DNA of 55,232 nt, the filler included, from Jimgerdemannia flammicorona (lineage: Eukaryota): assembly GCA_003990765.1 (NCBI GenBank). It is 2 parts of 2 records of this genome, joined end to end, with 100 filler letters (N's around TTAATTAATTAA, not from the genome) between each part and the next. Parts side by side here need not be neighbours in the genome. Positions count along the whole stretch, not along the records: positions 1 to 27,577 come from RBNJ01000620.1; 1 more part is not named here. One strand, given 5' to 3'. The notes under the pieces are model-generated. The model ran no database searches. It was not told where the DNA came from and worked only from the letters and a program-made list of their open reading frames with translations. Positions 1-12,172 of the stretch are shown one piece after another (the first letter of the stretch is position 1; the number at the start of each line of letters is the position of its first letter). A program made the position numbers and the translations under genes.

Positions 1-180
1 CATCCCCAATCCATACCCTCTCCTGACAGTCTGCCAGTCGAAGGCCCCAGGTCCACCCGACCTAGTACGCATGTCGGCTTGCTTGCTGGTTGACATTGCC
101 TTAGTATCTTTCTCCAATAAATGCTTCAAAAGTGTGTTGAAAAGTGTGTGTAACGTGAATTGTAGTGGAGAGAGATGTAG
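1..180 (-). mobile_element. 5' end (5' UTR and start of ORF1) of a LINE, inserted into the 5' LTR of Gypsy element 1
   Basis: The reverse strand from ATG at 96 reads MSTSKQADMRTRSGGPGAFDWQTVRRGYGLGM. This matches the start of the LINE at 49.6 kb (AFGWQ*VGRRGNGLGM), with a similar upstream leader. LTR homology begins abruptly at about 181. Confidence 0.65.
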
Positions 181-900
181 AGCTAGTCTATGACATAACC
201 CCATGCAAATAAAGCTAGTCTTTGACATAACTTGTCAAGAATCCTAGTTAGTTCCCAGTTGAAGCTGCTGATTCAGGAGAATCCACATCATCTGCCATTT
301 TTAAGTTATCTGTATTCTCAGAAGAACTCTATTCATACCATCTGAGTAGTATTCCCAATTGAAGCTGAATCTGCGATGTCCAAGTTGATTGTCCCCAGTG
401 AGCTTGAGTTATCAAGTTATCTACCACCAGTACAATTCTCAGTGAACCCGCACCCAAATCGAGTTATCTGCCAAATTATCAGAATGACTCGAATAAGGAA
501 TCCACTTATGCTATATAAGATCATCAGAAATTACATAAGGAGAACTGCTAAATTGCCAGACCATCATGTACAGAGATCATCATACTACATAGAAATTACC
601 CACTACTCAAGAAGAAAACTGCTTACACTATACACCAATTCTGTCATTCCCAGTTAACCCAAGAAGGAAACCTATTCACACACACAAATTGCTGCTACAT
701 CCAGAGAACTGTCTCAATTAGGAAATTGACATACAAATTACTTGTAGATATCCAGCTTTGACTATTATACCACTAAACACCAAGAATCTCAAGAATCTTA
801 GAACATTTTATTACTTTTTGACAAAGTAACTGGGGGCTCAAGCCAAACTACATCAACTCTCAACCTTATAATTTGCCTCCATTGAGCCAGGCACATTACA
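181..900 (+). repeat. 5' LTR of element 1 (its first ~510 bp are displaced by the LINE insertion)
   Basis: Aligns nearly gap-free to 9024-9747; ends in ...CATTACA and is followed by the PBS. Confidence 0.9.
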
Positions 901-902
901 TT

Positions 903-919
903 TGGGGACTCAACTGGGA
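903..919 (+). promoter_or_regulatory. Primer binding site, tRNA-Pro-like
   Basis: TGGGGACTCAACTGGGA lies 2 nt after the LTR end and resembles the tRNA-Pro PBS TGGGGGCTCGTCCGGGA. Confidence 0.65.
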
Positions 920-1485
920 ATTTTTTAAAATCAATATGACTTTTTAGCTTACAAGAACCCATAGTCAAACTGGATACATTTGATACAACACCAACCTCTA
1001 TCACTACAGGAGAACTAGTCATCACTAGCATCTGGACAGGAAGAGAAGTAATCACCTCAAGACTTGCCAACTACCCAGCATCAGAAGGATCCCAATCAGA
1101 AGCAGAAGGCAGTACAGCCTAAAATCCCCAACTAGACCAACCAGATCAACCAGACCAACCAGATCAATCAGACAATACAGACAGTCCTGCTAGAGATTTT
1201 GGAGAACTTGCATAAGAACTAGAAGACCTCATCACATAGACCCAATACTTTACAGTCAGACACCCCACACCAGTCCCACCAATCTCACCAATCTCACCCC
1301 TACCACAACCCCTTTCAGAACCAGAAGTAGCTCCTACAAGAATACCTAGGGCTATTCCACTTCATCCAAGATCCAGAACACCATTCTTAGAATACCCAAG
1401 TACCCCCATCTTTAGTGACAGTTCAGAAAGTGAATCAGAATCAGAATCCGAACTTGAACCAGAATTAGAAGAAAGTAATAATGAA

Positions 1486-2600
1486 ATGGCCACCTCATTG
1501 CCAACCTTTGCAGGATATCCAGAGGAAGACCCCAGAGAATTCCTTGATGGAATTAAAGGAATTGCAGCCTTGAGAAATCTCTTAGATGAAAGAAAAATTG
1601 CCATCTATAAAGCTTAGCTCAGAGAACCAGCCAGAGGAATTTTCTATCAAACAGTAAACAACCAAGATTCAGAACTAGCAAGACAGATATAAGCAGCAAT
1701 GTCTGATGAGCTAGAATATGAGGCCATGGTTTACTGACTTATCAAAAAAGTACATGGGAAATGAAACCCACCACAAGGCTCAAGAATCCATTATAGAGAT
1801 GAAAATGAATCTTAGAGAGTCACCCAGAGCCTTCTACAAGAATACAGAAGAGAATGCATGCTGCCAGGTTCAATGCCACCAATCAGGACATCATTGGTCC
1901 AATGACCTTCATGAATGGAATTCCCCCAAACATTGCCCAGCATGTCTGCACCCTAGGCATCAGAAGGTCTGAAGAACAAGTAGATACAGCCTAAGGATTC
2001 TTTAATGTCAGACAAGGAACTACTTAGAGTGATCATGATAGGAAAGAAGATAAAGAAGACATTCTGGTCAAAGCCCTACAAGGACTCCTTCAAGGACAAG
2101 AAAGATCTGAAGAAAGAAGGCCAGCCAAGGAAGAAAAGAAGGATAGAAGTGAAATCCAAGACCTCAGCTCCAAGTTGGACCAATTGATTGGACAGATTGA
2201 AAAACTCACTATACATGAAAATCAGAGCTATCAAGATAATAGAGGATACCCACCACAGAGGAGTCAAGGTTATCTACCAAGAGATAACAGGAATTACCAG
2301 TAAGAAGAAAGAAGGTACCCTGTCCAAGACAGAGCCCAAGTCCAATGTTTCCACTGTAGACAATTTGGACACTATGCCACTGAATGTGACAACAAAAGAA
2401 GTAACCAAAGAGACTCAGAACCACTGAACCAAAGGAATGACACTCAGTACAAGAAGACTGAAGTCCATCCTGTTGAAGATTTCGAGGAAGCAAGTAACAG
2501 TGAAGACTACAGTGACCTAGACTTATACCTCACTAAGGTTACAACCTAGAAAACAGTCTATCCAGCAGAAAAAAGAAAGAGACCTATAGGAAGACCATCC
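1486..2600 (+). pseudogene. gag: gag of element 1 (capsid region and CCHC nucleocapsid)
   Basis: MATSLPTFAGYPEEDPREFLDGI... followed by the CCHC zinc knuckle at 2346-2387; interrupted by stops. End is approximate. Confidence 0.8.
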
Positions 2601-2999
2601 AGGAACATCAGCAGAAGAATTATCCAAGAAGAGGATGAAGAACATAAGGAGGAACAAGTAGAAACACCTCTCCGAACCCCTTCATCTTTTGTCCCTGAGA
2701 CAAATGAGTTGCCATCAGAAGATGAAGAAATGGAACAAGAAGAATGGGAACCCACTGCTCCAAAACCTAAGAAGAAGTACACTCTGAAGACCATACCTAG
2801 AGATATCTACAATGAAGCCTGGCAGAAGATTCAAGAAGCCAAGATGGAAGTCCCTCTCCTGTAGTTCTTGCAACTAATACCAGCTGGGGTCTGAAATAAA
2901 TTACTGAGAACCACCAGGTCTAGCACTGGCCGAGTTCTAATCCCACAGCAAGAACCAGCTTCCATCCCTGTCCAAGCAGCTGAAAGACATATCAGCACC

Positions 3000-5900
3000 T
3001 ATTTACATGGAGATATTGGAGGACAAAAAGTGAAAATCCTCATAGATACAGGAGCAGCTGTCTGTATCATTGCCAAATGATTCTTGGACACCCTCCAATG
3101 GCCCATTGATAGACCATTCAACCTCAGCATCATAGTAGCAGATGGAGCCCAAACTCAACCCCTTGGAGAAGTATGAAATATTACCATCTCTCTTGGACAC
3201 ATTTAGTTCTCCATCCCCAAAGCTGTTGTTACTGAAGCTGTCACCTATGACATAATTCTTGGCACCAACTGGATGAAGGAAATGAATGCAGTTATTGATA
3301 TTGGCCAATAAGTACTCAAGTTTGATTATTGAGACAAGAAGTATAGGGTTAAGATGACCAGCTATGAGCAATCAAAGAAGAAGAAAAAGGTCACTATTTA
3401 GAAAGAATATGCCAGCAGTGAGGAGTCTACTACAGAAGAGGAAGAAGAATCTGAAAATGGAAATGATCCCAGACTCAATCCCTGAATCAACCTGGTGGAT
3501 GACAGATTAGAAGATAATGTGTGGGCCAAGAACACTATCCCTATTACTATAGGAGCTATTGCAGGAGAAGCCAAAGGATGCCCTACATGCCTCAAGAGAC
3601 ACAAGTGTCCCAAGCACTCCTCTAAGATCATGGGAATAAGGAAATTGCCTGGCACAGCCTGCCCAGAATGCAGAAGGAAGAAGAAGAAATGCAGACATAT
3701 TCCAGAAACACCTGCAACTGAAGCTGTAGAAGTATAAGCAATTTGGGGTCAAGGATCACCCGAAGAAGAAGAAACTTCTGACCAAGAAGTTCCTGAACAA
3801 GAAGTACCTGATGAAGAAGAGGTTCCTGAACTCATTCCCTGGGATGACCCTCACTGGACACTATCTGAAGACAATGATCCTTGGAATACAGAAGAAGGAC
3901 TCAGTATAATTACCATTATTCCCAAGAAAGAAACTCACCAAGAAAATGCTTTTCGGCTAGGAAGATGTCCACACCAAATGGTCTTTCACTCTTCCTGAGA
4001 CTACTGCTATCAATGTCATCTGTTGGACCAACAAGAAAGACAGAGACCCCAGAGACCAGAACCCCCAACTACTCTTGCACAGTCCACCATCTTTCAAGAA
4101 GTCACCACAAGATTACAAAGTTGATTTAGGGGACAAGGCTTCTTTACCCAAACAGAAATATACCCCTTGTCTACCCTTCCCCCAACCTATAATCAAGATG
4201 GATACTGATTCCCAAGACAATAAGAGATAAATAGCCAGGAACATTGTTTTCAGGCAATGAGATATTGCAACCATGGGAGATACCCTGACTGCCGAGACTG
4301 CAGATATCAGAAGATTCACCTCAGTCATGATATTGCAGTATATACTTTGAAGAAAGGAGATAACTGAAGCCAGATCTGAAAAAGCCAGATTCAAAAAAGC
4401 CAGACCAAGAAGTCCAGAAAAAGAATCCTCAAGATCTATAATTTGGGAGAAGACATCCTAGCTCTCATCAGACATGCAACTTGCCAAGGATGGGCAGAAG
4501 ATACCACCAACTTCATGTAAGCCCTTGACCCTATAGGAAGGAGGGGAATCAACTACCTCTGAGACCCCTCTACTAGAGCCAGATGGCCACACCTCAACCT
4601 TAGAGCTTGGAGGCTTTCCACTAGTAGAGCTTCAGCCTTAGGAAAGCCCGAACTCAGCAAGGATATTGCCCAGTATGCTCTGCTGCACCCAAAGGCCAAA
4701 CCTCCGACCAAAGCCCACCCAGAGGATGTAGGATATGATCTTCACAGCCTGAAGGATGAATCTATCAAACCTGGAAAAACCTTCATGGTCAGAACCGGAT
4801 TAGCCATACAGCCACCCCAAGGAGCTTATATTCAACTGACCTCAAGGTCTGGACTTGCCAGACAAGGGATAACTGTAGAAAGAGGAACCATTGACTCTGG
4901 ATATATAGGTGAAATCAAGGTTATCCTACAAAACAGCAGTGCAGAATGGCACTGAATCATTAGAGGACAGAAGATTGCCCAAGCAGTCTTCATGAAGGTC
5001 AAGACCCCACAGTTACAGGAAGTCTCTGAACTAACTGAAGGAATAAGACAAGCTAAGGGATTTGGAAGTTCAGACAGGAAGGAGGTACATCTCCTTCAAG
5101 TCAACCACCTCAAGAGGAATATTCCCCAGCAAGTATATCGGCAACTAGTCAGACTGCACAAGAATCTCATCCTGGAGTCCAGAGAACAAACTACCTTCGA
5201 AATCTTTGCACCACCTGACCCCAGAAACCTTTTCTTTGAACCCAAGGAAGATATCCTACACCTGGACATAGAGGGACACACATTCCCTGACAAAATAAAC
5301 CCAGTATACTCCCAAGCAACCAACCAAAGTTAGGAGACCATCATCTTACTGAAAGGAACCATCATAGGACATCTGGTGCCCTTTCTCAACTGAACTCATA
5401 GGGAAGTTTATGAACTAAACCTATTGGAAAATGGCAAAAGGTCCCAGAAGAAAGGAAAGGCCCCTCTGTGACCCAGGAGACAGTGAAGCCTTCCACCAAT
5501 ATTGGAGAAGAATTGACACCCCAACAACAGTAATAACTAGTAGAACTTCTCAGCAAATATCAAGATATCTTCACCACCAATTATGGTAACCTGCCATACA
5601 ACCCATCATATCACCACAGCATAAATACAGGAAGTACAACACCCATCTGGCAGAAATCCTATAGAATACCCCATCACTTGAAAATATTCGAAAAAGAGCA
5701 CATTCAAGAACTCTTAGACAATAGAGTCATCCGACCCTCCACTAGCCCCTGGGCCAGCCCTATACTTATTGTACCAAAGAAAAGAGGATAGAGACTCTGT
5801 GTGGATTACAGAAAACTCAATTCAGTCACTGAGAAGGATACTTATCCTTTGCCCAGAATCAATGACCTTTTGGATCAGCTATAGGATGCCAGATACTTCA

Positions 5901-7975
5901 GCAGTATGGACCTCTTTGCAGGATTCCATGAGATCCCTATGGACCCCAAGGATATTCAAAAGACAGCCTTCCTTGCTCTAGGAAAACTGTTTGAATACCT
6001 CCAAATGCCCTTTGAACTCTGCAATACACCCCCCACCTTTCAGAGGATGATGAATTCAGTCTATGCCCCCTTGATCCACCACTGCCTGATTGTATACATG
6101 GATGATTCCAACATCTATTTAGCGAATTTCAAGGAACACCTGCACTACCTAGAGGAATTCTTCAAGCTTACCCACAAAAATCACTTGAGATTAAATGCAA
6201 GGAAATACTACTTTGGGAAACAGAAACTTGAATTCCTGGGATTCATAGTTTCAAAAGAAGGAACTCATACAGACCCAAAGAAAACCGAGAAGATCAACAA
6301 TTGGCCAGTACTCAAGACTCCAAAGGAAACACTATCATTTTTGATACTAGTATCCTACTACAGAAGATTCATCAAGGACTTTACCCAAATCGCTGCCCCA
6401 ATCTGAATCCTTCTCAAGAAAGGAATACTATTCAAATAGACAGAATCATAGGAAAAAGCCTTCAGAGAACTCAAGAACTGCATAACTACAGCACCAATCC
6501 TTGTGTGCCCCAATCTACAGAAGCCATTCATCTTATATACAGATGCTTCCAAAGATAGCCTAGGAGCAGTTCTAGCCCAAGAAGGACCTGACCAATAGTA
6601 CTATGTGATAGCTTATACAAGCAGAGCTACTAATTAGCAGTAGATGAACTATAGTAGCACCAAACTGGAATGTCTGGCAGTCATATGGATGGTCACCCTG
6701 TTTAAGCATTATCTCATTAGAAAAAGGTTCATCCTGATTACAGATCATGCAGCCCTCAAATGGCTATTCAACCACAAGGAACCTGTCAGAATCCTAGCCT
6801 GCTAGATCCTTATCCTTCAGGATTACAAAATCACAATTATTCACAAAGCAGAGAAAGCCTACAACAATGTTGATGTACTTTTCCACCAGCTCCAATGAAT
6901 CAGAAGAAGGGTGTTCCAAGGAACCACACCCTAAAGAAAGCTCCTCAGACTATCAAGGAACAAGAAGATCTCATCTGACAAGAACATCAGAAAACCCACC
7001 AAGGATAGACAAGTACAGAAGATAAGATTCGAAAACAATATCAATATTGGCCCTATCTCAGAACCCAAGTCCAAGATATCATTCAGAAATGTGATGTCTG
7101 CCAGAAGTACCAAGGAAAAGAAGAACTATCAAGCCCCTCTGCAACTGATTCCCCCACCCACTCACATCTTTCAAAGATGGGAAATAGATGTAATTGGACT
7201 ACTACCAGTTATACCAAGAAGAAACAAATACATTCTTGTATTTGTGGAATATCTGACCAAGTGGCCTGAGGCTTTCCCAATAGAAATTACAGATGCCTTA
7301 ACCATTGTAGGCCTCCTCTACAGACTCACACTCAGATATGGACCCCCAGAAGAACTCATTTCTGACTGAGGCATGGAATTTATCAACACCATAATCACAA
7401 GTTATACCCGAATTCACAAGATCCACCTCAAAAGGACCACATCATACCACCTCCAGACCAATGGCATGACAGAGAGAATGAACCAGACCATCAAGAAAGA
7501 ACTTGCTCAAGTCAATTCTACTAATTGGGACCTCTGCTTACCTGAGATCCTATGGGAAATTCAGAACACCCCTGCTGCCTCCACCAAACAAAAGCCATTC
7601 AAAATAATGTTTGCCAAGAGAACCAGAACTGCTGACCATGAGAATCTTGGAGACCTCTTCAAAAAGGCAGAACAGTTACATAATCAAGCCTGAGGATAGA
7701 TTATTAAAGCCCAAGAAAGACAAAAGAAGTACTATAACCAAAAACAGAAGGATCAGGAGATCAAGATTGGAGATCAAGTACTAGTTTGGAGAAGCATAAT
7801 TGAAATAAATTTTGCCACCAAACTGGAACCCAAATGGGAAGGATCTTATCTTGTACACAACATCAGAGGGACCAGTATCTATTTAAGAAGTATGGATGGA
7901 CAAACCCTCAGAACACCAGTACACATCAATTGTCTCAAGATATACCTTTCTCCACATCATGAATCAGAGAGTTGA
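3000..7975 (+). pseudogene. pol: pol of element 1 (PR, dUTPase, RT, RNase H, integrase)
   Basis: Domain motifs occur in Gypsy order; ORF-track fragments 5906-6406 (RT), 7091-7369 and 7373-7693 (integrase core). Confidence 0.92.
4665..5075 (+). pseudogene. dUTPase domain within pol of element 1 (between PR and RT)
   Basis: All five trimeric dUTPase motifs are in one frame: VGYDL, SRSGL, GTIDSGYIGEI, GQKIAQ, RQAKGFGSS; one TGA. Confidence 0.93.
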
Positions 7976-8459
7976 TAACTGCCTTCAGACTCTTATCCTC
8001 AGCTCATTTCAATCACTGCTGGTCCCTCTATCCCAATTCTGAGAAGTCAATGGGAATACTCTCCAGAAGATCCAGATTCATCAAGAGAATCTTGTCCTGG
8101 CCAGACAATTGCTACAGGTCCGTCAACTTCAGGCCCACTATGCAATTGGGGAATAATTGTAGAACCTCTCAGTCCCAGAACAAACATATATCAGAAATAC
8201 CACAGGACTATTAAGGAGAGATGTTACTGCTGTCAACAGGCTCTACACCCTTTACAAGCAAAACCCTGCAACTCTGATGCAAGTACAATTCTCCTGGTAT
8301 GATACACAAGGAATGAACCTAGCCACCTACTTGAGCATTGTCAATACTGTTGAAATCTTATTTCCTGAAGAAGAAGAACTATCCTTAGAATGGAGTGACC
8401 ATAGTATAGATGATGAAGATGGAACAGGTATTTATGCAGAAGATGCTTACCCACACTAG
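7959..8459 (+). pseudogene. Accessory ORF after pol (~166 codons), unknown function
   Basis: The ATG overlaps the end of integrase. A single frame continues into ORF 8277-8459 with only three stops (TGA/TAA/TAG, each one C>T from CGA/CAA/CAG). Confidence 0.75.
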
Positions 8460-8511
8460 AATGATGACTAAAGGATAGTCTGAGTACAGACCATCCTTTA
8501 GTGGGGGCTGA

Positions 8512-9747
8512 TGTAACAAACCAGAATGTACTACCTAAATTATATCTTAGCCAGATGACATGAACATACAGCATAGTAACCTGCAACCATTGCTGCAGAA
8601 ACTATATAAATAGCCAGACTATCAGATAAGGTATATCTGTGCAGGACCTGTACACCTGTGCCAGACCTGCACACTTATACTGGACCTGCACAACTTGCCA
8701 TAGATAGCAAATCTATAGTTAGCCACATAGCAACCAGATAGTAACCAACTTATATAAATTACCCCAGAGATAAGAGTAAATAAACCTCAGTTTGAAATTG
8801 AATCCAAAAGCAAAAGTCACTACCATACTTCGAGAGGAACTCTACAGCCACTGTTAGGAGATTGTGAGCATTGGTCCCCTTTTTCCACTTCAGTCCACTT
8901 TCTAATATAAAGCTGATTTTGCCACCAAGTTCGAGTAAAGAACTTTGCCACCCTTTGAAAAGAAATCCGCCACTTAAGAAATAAGCTGCCATTTTCAAGT
9001 TATTTGCTGCTATTCTTGCCACAAGTCAGTCTATGATATAACCCTGTACAAATGAAGCCAGTCTTTGATGTAACTTGTCAAGAATCCTAGTTAATTCCCA
9101 GTTGAAGCTGCTGATTTAGGAGAATCCATGTTATCTGCCATTTTCAAGTTATCTGTATTTCCAGAAAAACCCTATTTATGCCATCTGAGTAGTATTCCCA
9201 ATTGAAGCCAAATCTACAATATCCAAGTTGATTGTCCTCAGTGAGCTCAAGTTATCAAGTTATTTACCATCAGTATAATTCCCAGTGAACCTGCACCCAA
9301 ATCGAGTTATCTGTCAAATTATCAGAATGACTTGAATAAGGAATCCACTTGCGCTATACAAGATCATCATGCAGAAATCACATAAGGAGAACTGCTAAAT
9401 TGCCAGACTATTATATATAGAGATCATCATGCTATACAGAAATCACCCACTACTCAAAAAGGAAACTACTCATACTATATACCAATTCTACCATTCCTAG
9501 TTAACTCAAGAAGAAAACCCATTCATACATATAAATTACTGCTACACCCAAAGAACCATCCCAATTAGAAAATTGACATACAAATTACTTGCAGATATCC
9601 AGCTTTGACTATTATACTACTAAATACTAAGGACCTCAGGAATCTTAGAACATTTTGTTGCTTTTTGACAAAGTAACTGAGGGCTCAAGCCAAACTACAT
9701 TAATCTCCAACCTTGTAATTTGCCTCTATTGAACCAGACATGTTACA
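8512..9747 (+). repeat. 3' LTR of element 1 (~1.24 kb), preceded by a PPT
   Basis: TGTAAC...GTTACA inverted termini; purine tract AGTGGGGGCTGA immediately upstream; its 3' part matches 181-900. Confidence 0.9.
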
Positions 9748-10139
9748 GTAGTAATAGATTTCCTTATTAAGAATTTTCTCAATTTTATACTCAATATAGT
9801 CTTTACTAATTATAAGAATAGATAGCTTGAAAATTTAATCAGAATAGAATAGTAACTGGTTTCAGATCTTGAGATAAGATATATAAAAAATTAGATAGAC
9901 TCATAGAGTTTCAGATAACTTGAAATATATAATAAGAGAATATAGAGATTTATTCTATAATCTCAAAGAGTTTAATAAATTTGGTTAAAATTTGTTTAAC
10001 AAGTAGTTAACTTGAAATTATATCTTAAGATTCTTAGTAAATAAAAAAACTTTATTACTAATAATATAGATTTCTTATCAATATTGTCACATAGTGGTTA
10101 CTGAGTCCTTCAAATATGCTAGATTCTCTTCAAGGTATA

Positions 10140-10985
10140 TCTCTTAGTGGCTTGAGGTCATGTTAGCATCAGAGGGATTATTGTCTTCTGCTTCATCATC
10201 ATCAAATTGGATTATATTATAGACATTCTTCATGACATATCCAACTTGGAGCATTTGTAGGATATGGTTATCAGGGTGTAGAAAGGTTTTGTCTATGATT
10301 TGAATATACTCAATATACTTATAGTTGAGTTCTTATATCATGTCATCAATTTGGCTATAAGATAGAGTTGTAACCATTTTGGTGGTAGTAACTCAGAGGT
10401 AGAAAATAAAGAAGCTATACTTATAGAAGAGTTCTTTGTATTTACAGGTGATGAGTTTCTAGTATTGGGACATCTGGATAATGTCAGTGTTGTGGTGGTG
10501 TTTGATCATGTCTTCTAGAAGGCAGCTGATCTGATAGTAGCTTGAGATTTGTCCAATTTAATGGGCCTTACTAAGTATGTTCAGGGTGTTTCATCAGACT
10601 TCCACAAAGTAGAGGAGTGCTAAGCTATGGATATTCATAAGAGGTAGAGAGAGTTTGGCTCAGTTGACAATAGCATTCCAAATGTCAGCACAGATATAGT
10701 TATATATCTCAGTAGTCATATTTATGTGTATATTTAGGAGTTGGGGTTATTTGTTTGTTTTATTGTAGTTCTCTGTTTTAATGTATCTCAGTGCTTAGTA
10801 TATATGCATTTGGTCTTGATTAGTAAGACTCTATTCGTGTAAATCTTGTATTTCATAACTTCAAGTTAACTTAACTTTATATAATATAACTTTAATTTAA
10901 CTCAGCTTTATGATCATATATGTGATTTCCAGATTTATTCAAAGGTTATATATGATTTCGGTGGCTTGGAGGTTGTGTGCTTATA
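10140..10985 (-). repeat. Truncated, more heavily mutated copy of the ORF-containing long LTR (family B)
   Basis: The reverse complement aligns with 30160-31020, including the start T(A/G)TAAGCACACAACCTCCAAG and the LTR-internal ORF (ATG at 10719). Confidence 0.85.
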
Positions 10986-12172
10986 CTAACAGAGAACATA
11001 TTTACTTAAAAGTGGTTTGTGGGTTATTAAATAAGTTTATTCACTATTTATAATATTGCTATACTAGGAGTAGTTATGTAAAGAAATATTATAGAGAAGT
11101 GTTCAGAAGTTGTATTCAAATTGTTCAAGTCTATTCAAGTCTGAGATTCTGAGATCTGGAAGAGGGAGTATTTATATTAGTGAGAGGCTATCTGGACTAG
11201 GCTAGATATGGATGTAGCACTTAGTGCCTTACTGAGTTAGAATATAGTCATATAGTATAAGTATAATCTGATATATCAAGAGATTATCTAACTGCTGAGT
11301 CAGTTTATAGTTATATTATAATAGGCTAATCTAACTATACTAATGACTACTAGGCTATCTATAGATTTAGATATTGTCTGGATAATCTTTGATGACATCA
11401 CTATTGATGACATTATCTATGGTAAAATCTGAACAGTTTTCTGACTTCTGATATCATCAGTTTCAAAGGTATTATTACCTCTATCTCTTGCTGTCCTTAG
11501 TGGTAGTGGTTGTATAAGAATAATAAGTCTTGGTTCTCTTTTTTTTTTTGGACTACTGGTGCATTTGTGAGAACTGGCCATTCTTATCTAGGGTGAGGGC
11601 TCTCATTGTTATAGCTGGGGATTTGAACCTCTCAGAAATGATATTTTCTATAATCTGAGACAATTTCTAGTAGTAATATCTATCACATAAATGGACTTGA
11701 GATTGGTTTCAACAATGTCAGCTTTCTTGAGTTCAGATGAAGCATCCGTCATTCTCTAACAGAGGTGATATAGATAGAGCAAACAGAGTTCTTCAAATGT
11801 ATTTTGCTTCTGCTAAGTGATGAGGTCTTATATGGTTATAGTATATCTTAATCTTGAGTTGATAAGTGTAGTTTATGAACCTTTGATAAATAAGATAGGG
11901 TTCTTCTTGTCTCAGTTTAAGTTTGGTACTTCAGTTTCCTTTTATAATAGTACAGTATACCAAAACTAGTTATAGAGATTCAGGGTCAGTCTTATGATTG
12001 TAGTACTTCTTCTAGTATTCTTATATCTTGGCAGTAGGTTCTCATGCTTGCTGACATATTTTGTGTAATCAGATAATCTCTTCAGTAACTTGTTTTATAG
12101 TCTTGTATATAGTTTCTAGATTTGTTTAGAGGTGATATATGATTTCAGTAACTTGGAGATTGTATGCTTATA
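10986..12172 (-). repeat. Family-B solo LTR variant with a different interior
   Basis: Start at 12172 (TATAAGCATACAATCTCCAAG) matches 30160; 10986-11410 matches 31500-31925; the middle (11420-12060) does not align by eye to the 30.4-31.5 kb ORF. Confidence 0.75.

Larger units (their letters stand above)
181..9747 (+). mobile_element. Degenerate, near full-length Ty3/Gypsy LTR retrotransposon (element 1): gag-PR-Cys-rich insert-dUTPase-RT-RNaseH-IN-extra ORF
   Basis: Paired LTRs, PBS and PPT. Motifs: CCHC knuckle CFHCRQFGHYATEC (2346-2387), protease ILIDTGA (~3035), RT SPWASP and YMDD (~6094), RNase H YTDAS and TDH, integrase CDVC/IDVIG/TNGMTERMN, and a GPY/F-like PKWEGSY. Many in-frame stops. 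Confidence 0.95.

Noticed and set aside
7959..8459. env gene interpretation of the post-pol ORFs
   Set aside because: Too short, and lacking a signal peptide, TM helix or fusion-protein features.
9748..10091. Possible additional LTR fragment ending in TGTCACA
   Set aside because: AT-rich and eroded, with no second copy in the window to confirm it.
11560..11690. Possible tRNA gene (B-box-like GGTTCAAATCCCC on the minus strand)
   Set aside because: No convincing cloverleaf or A box; at most a decayed remnant within an LTR.
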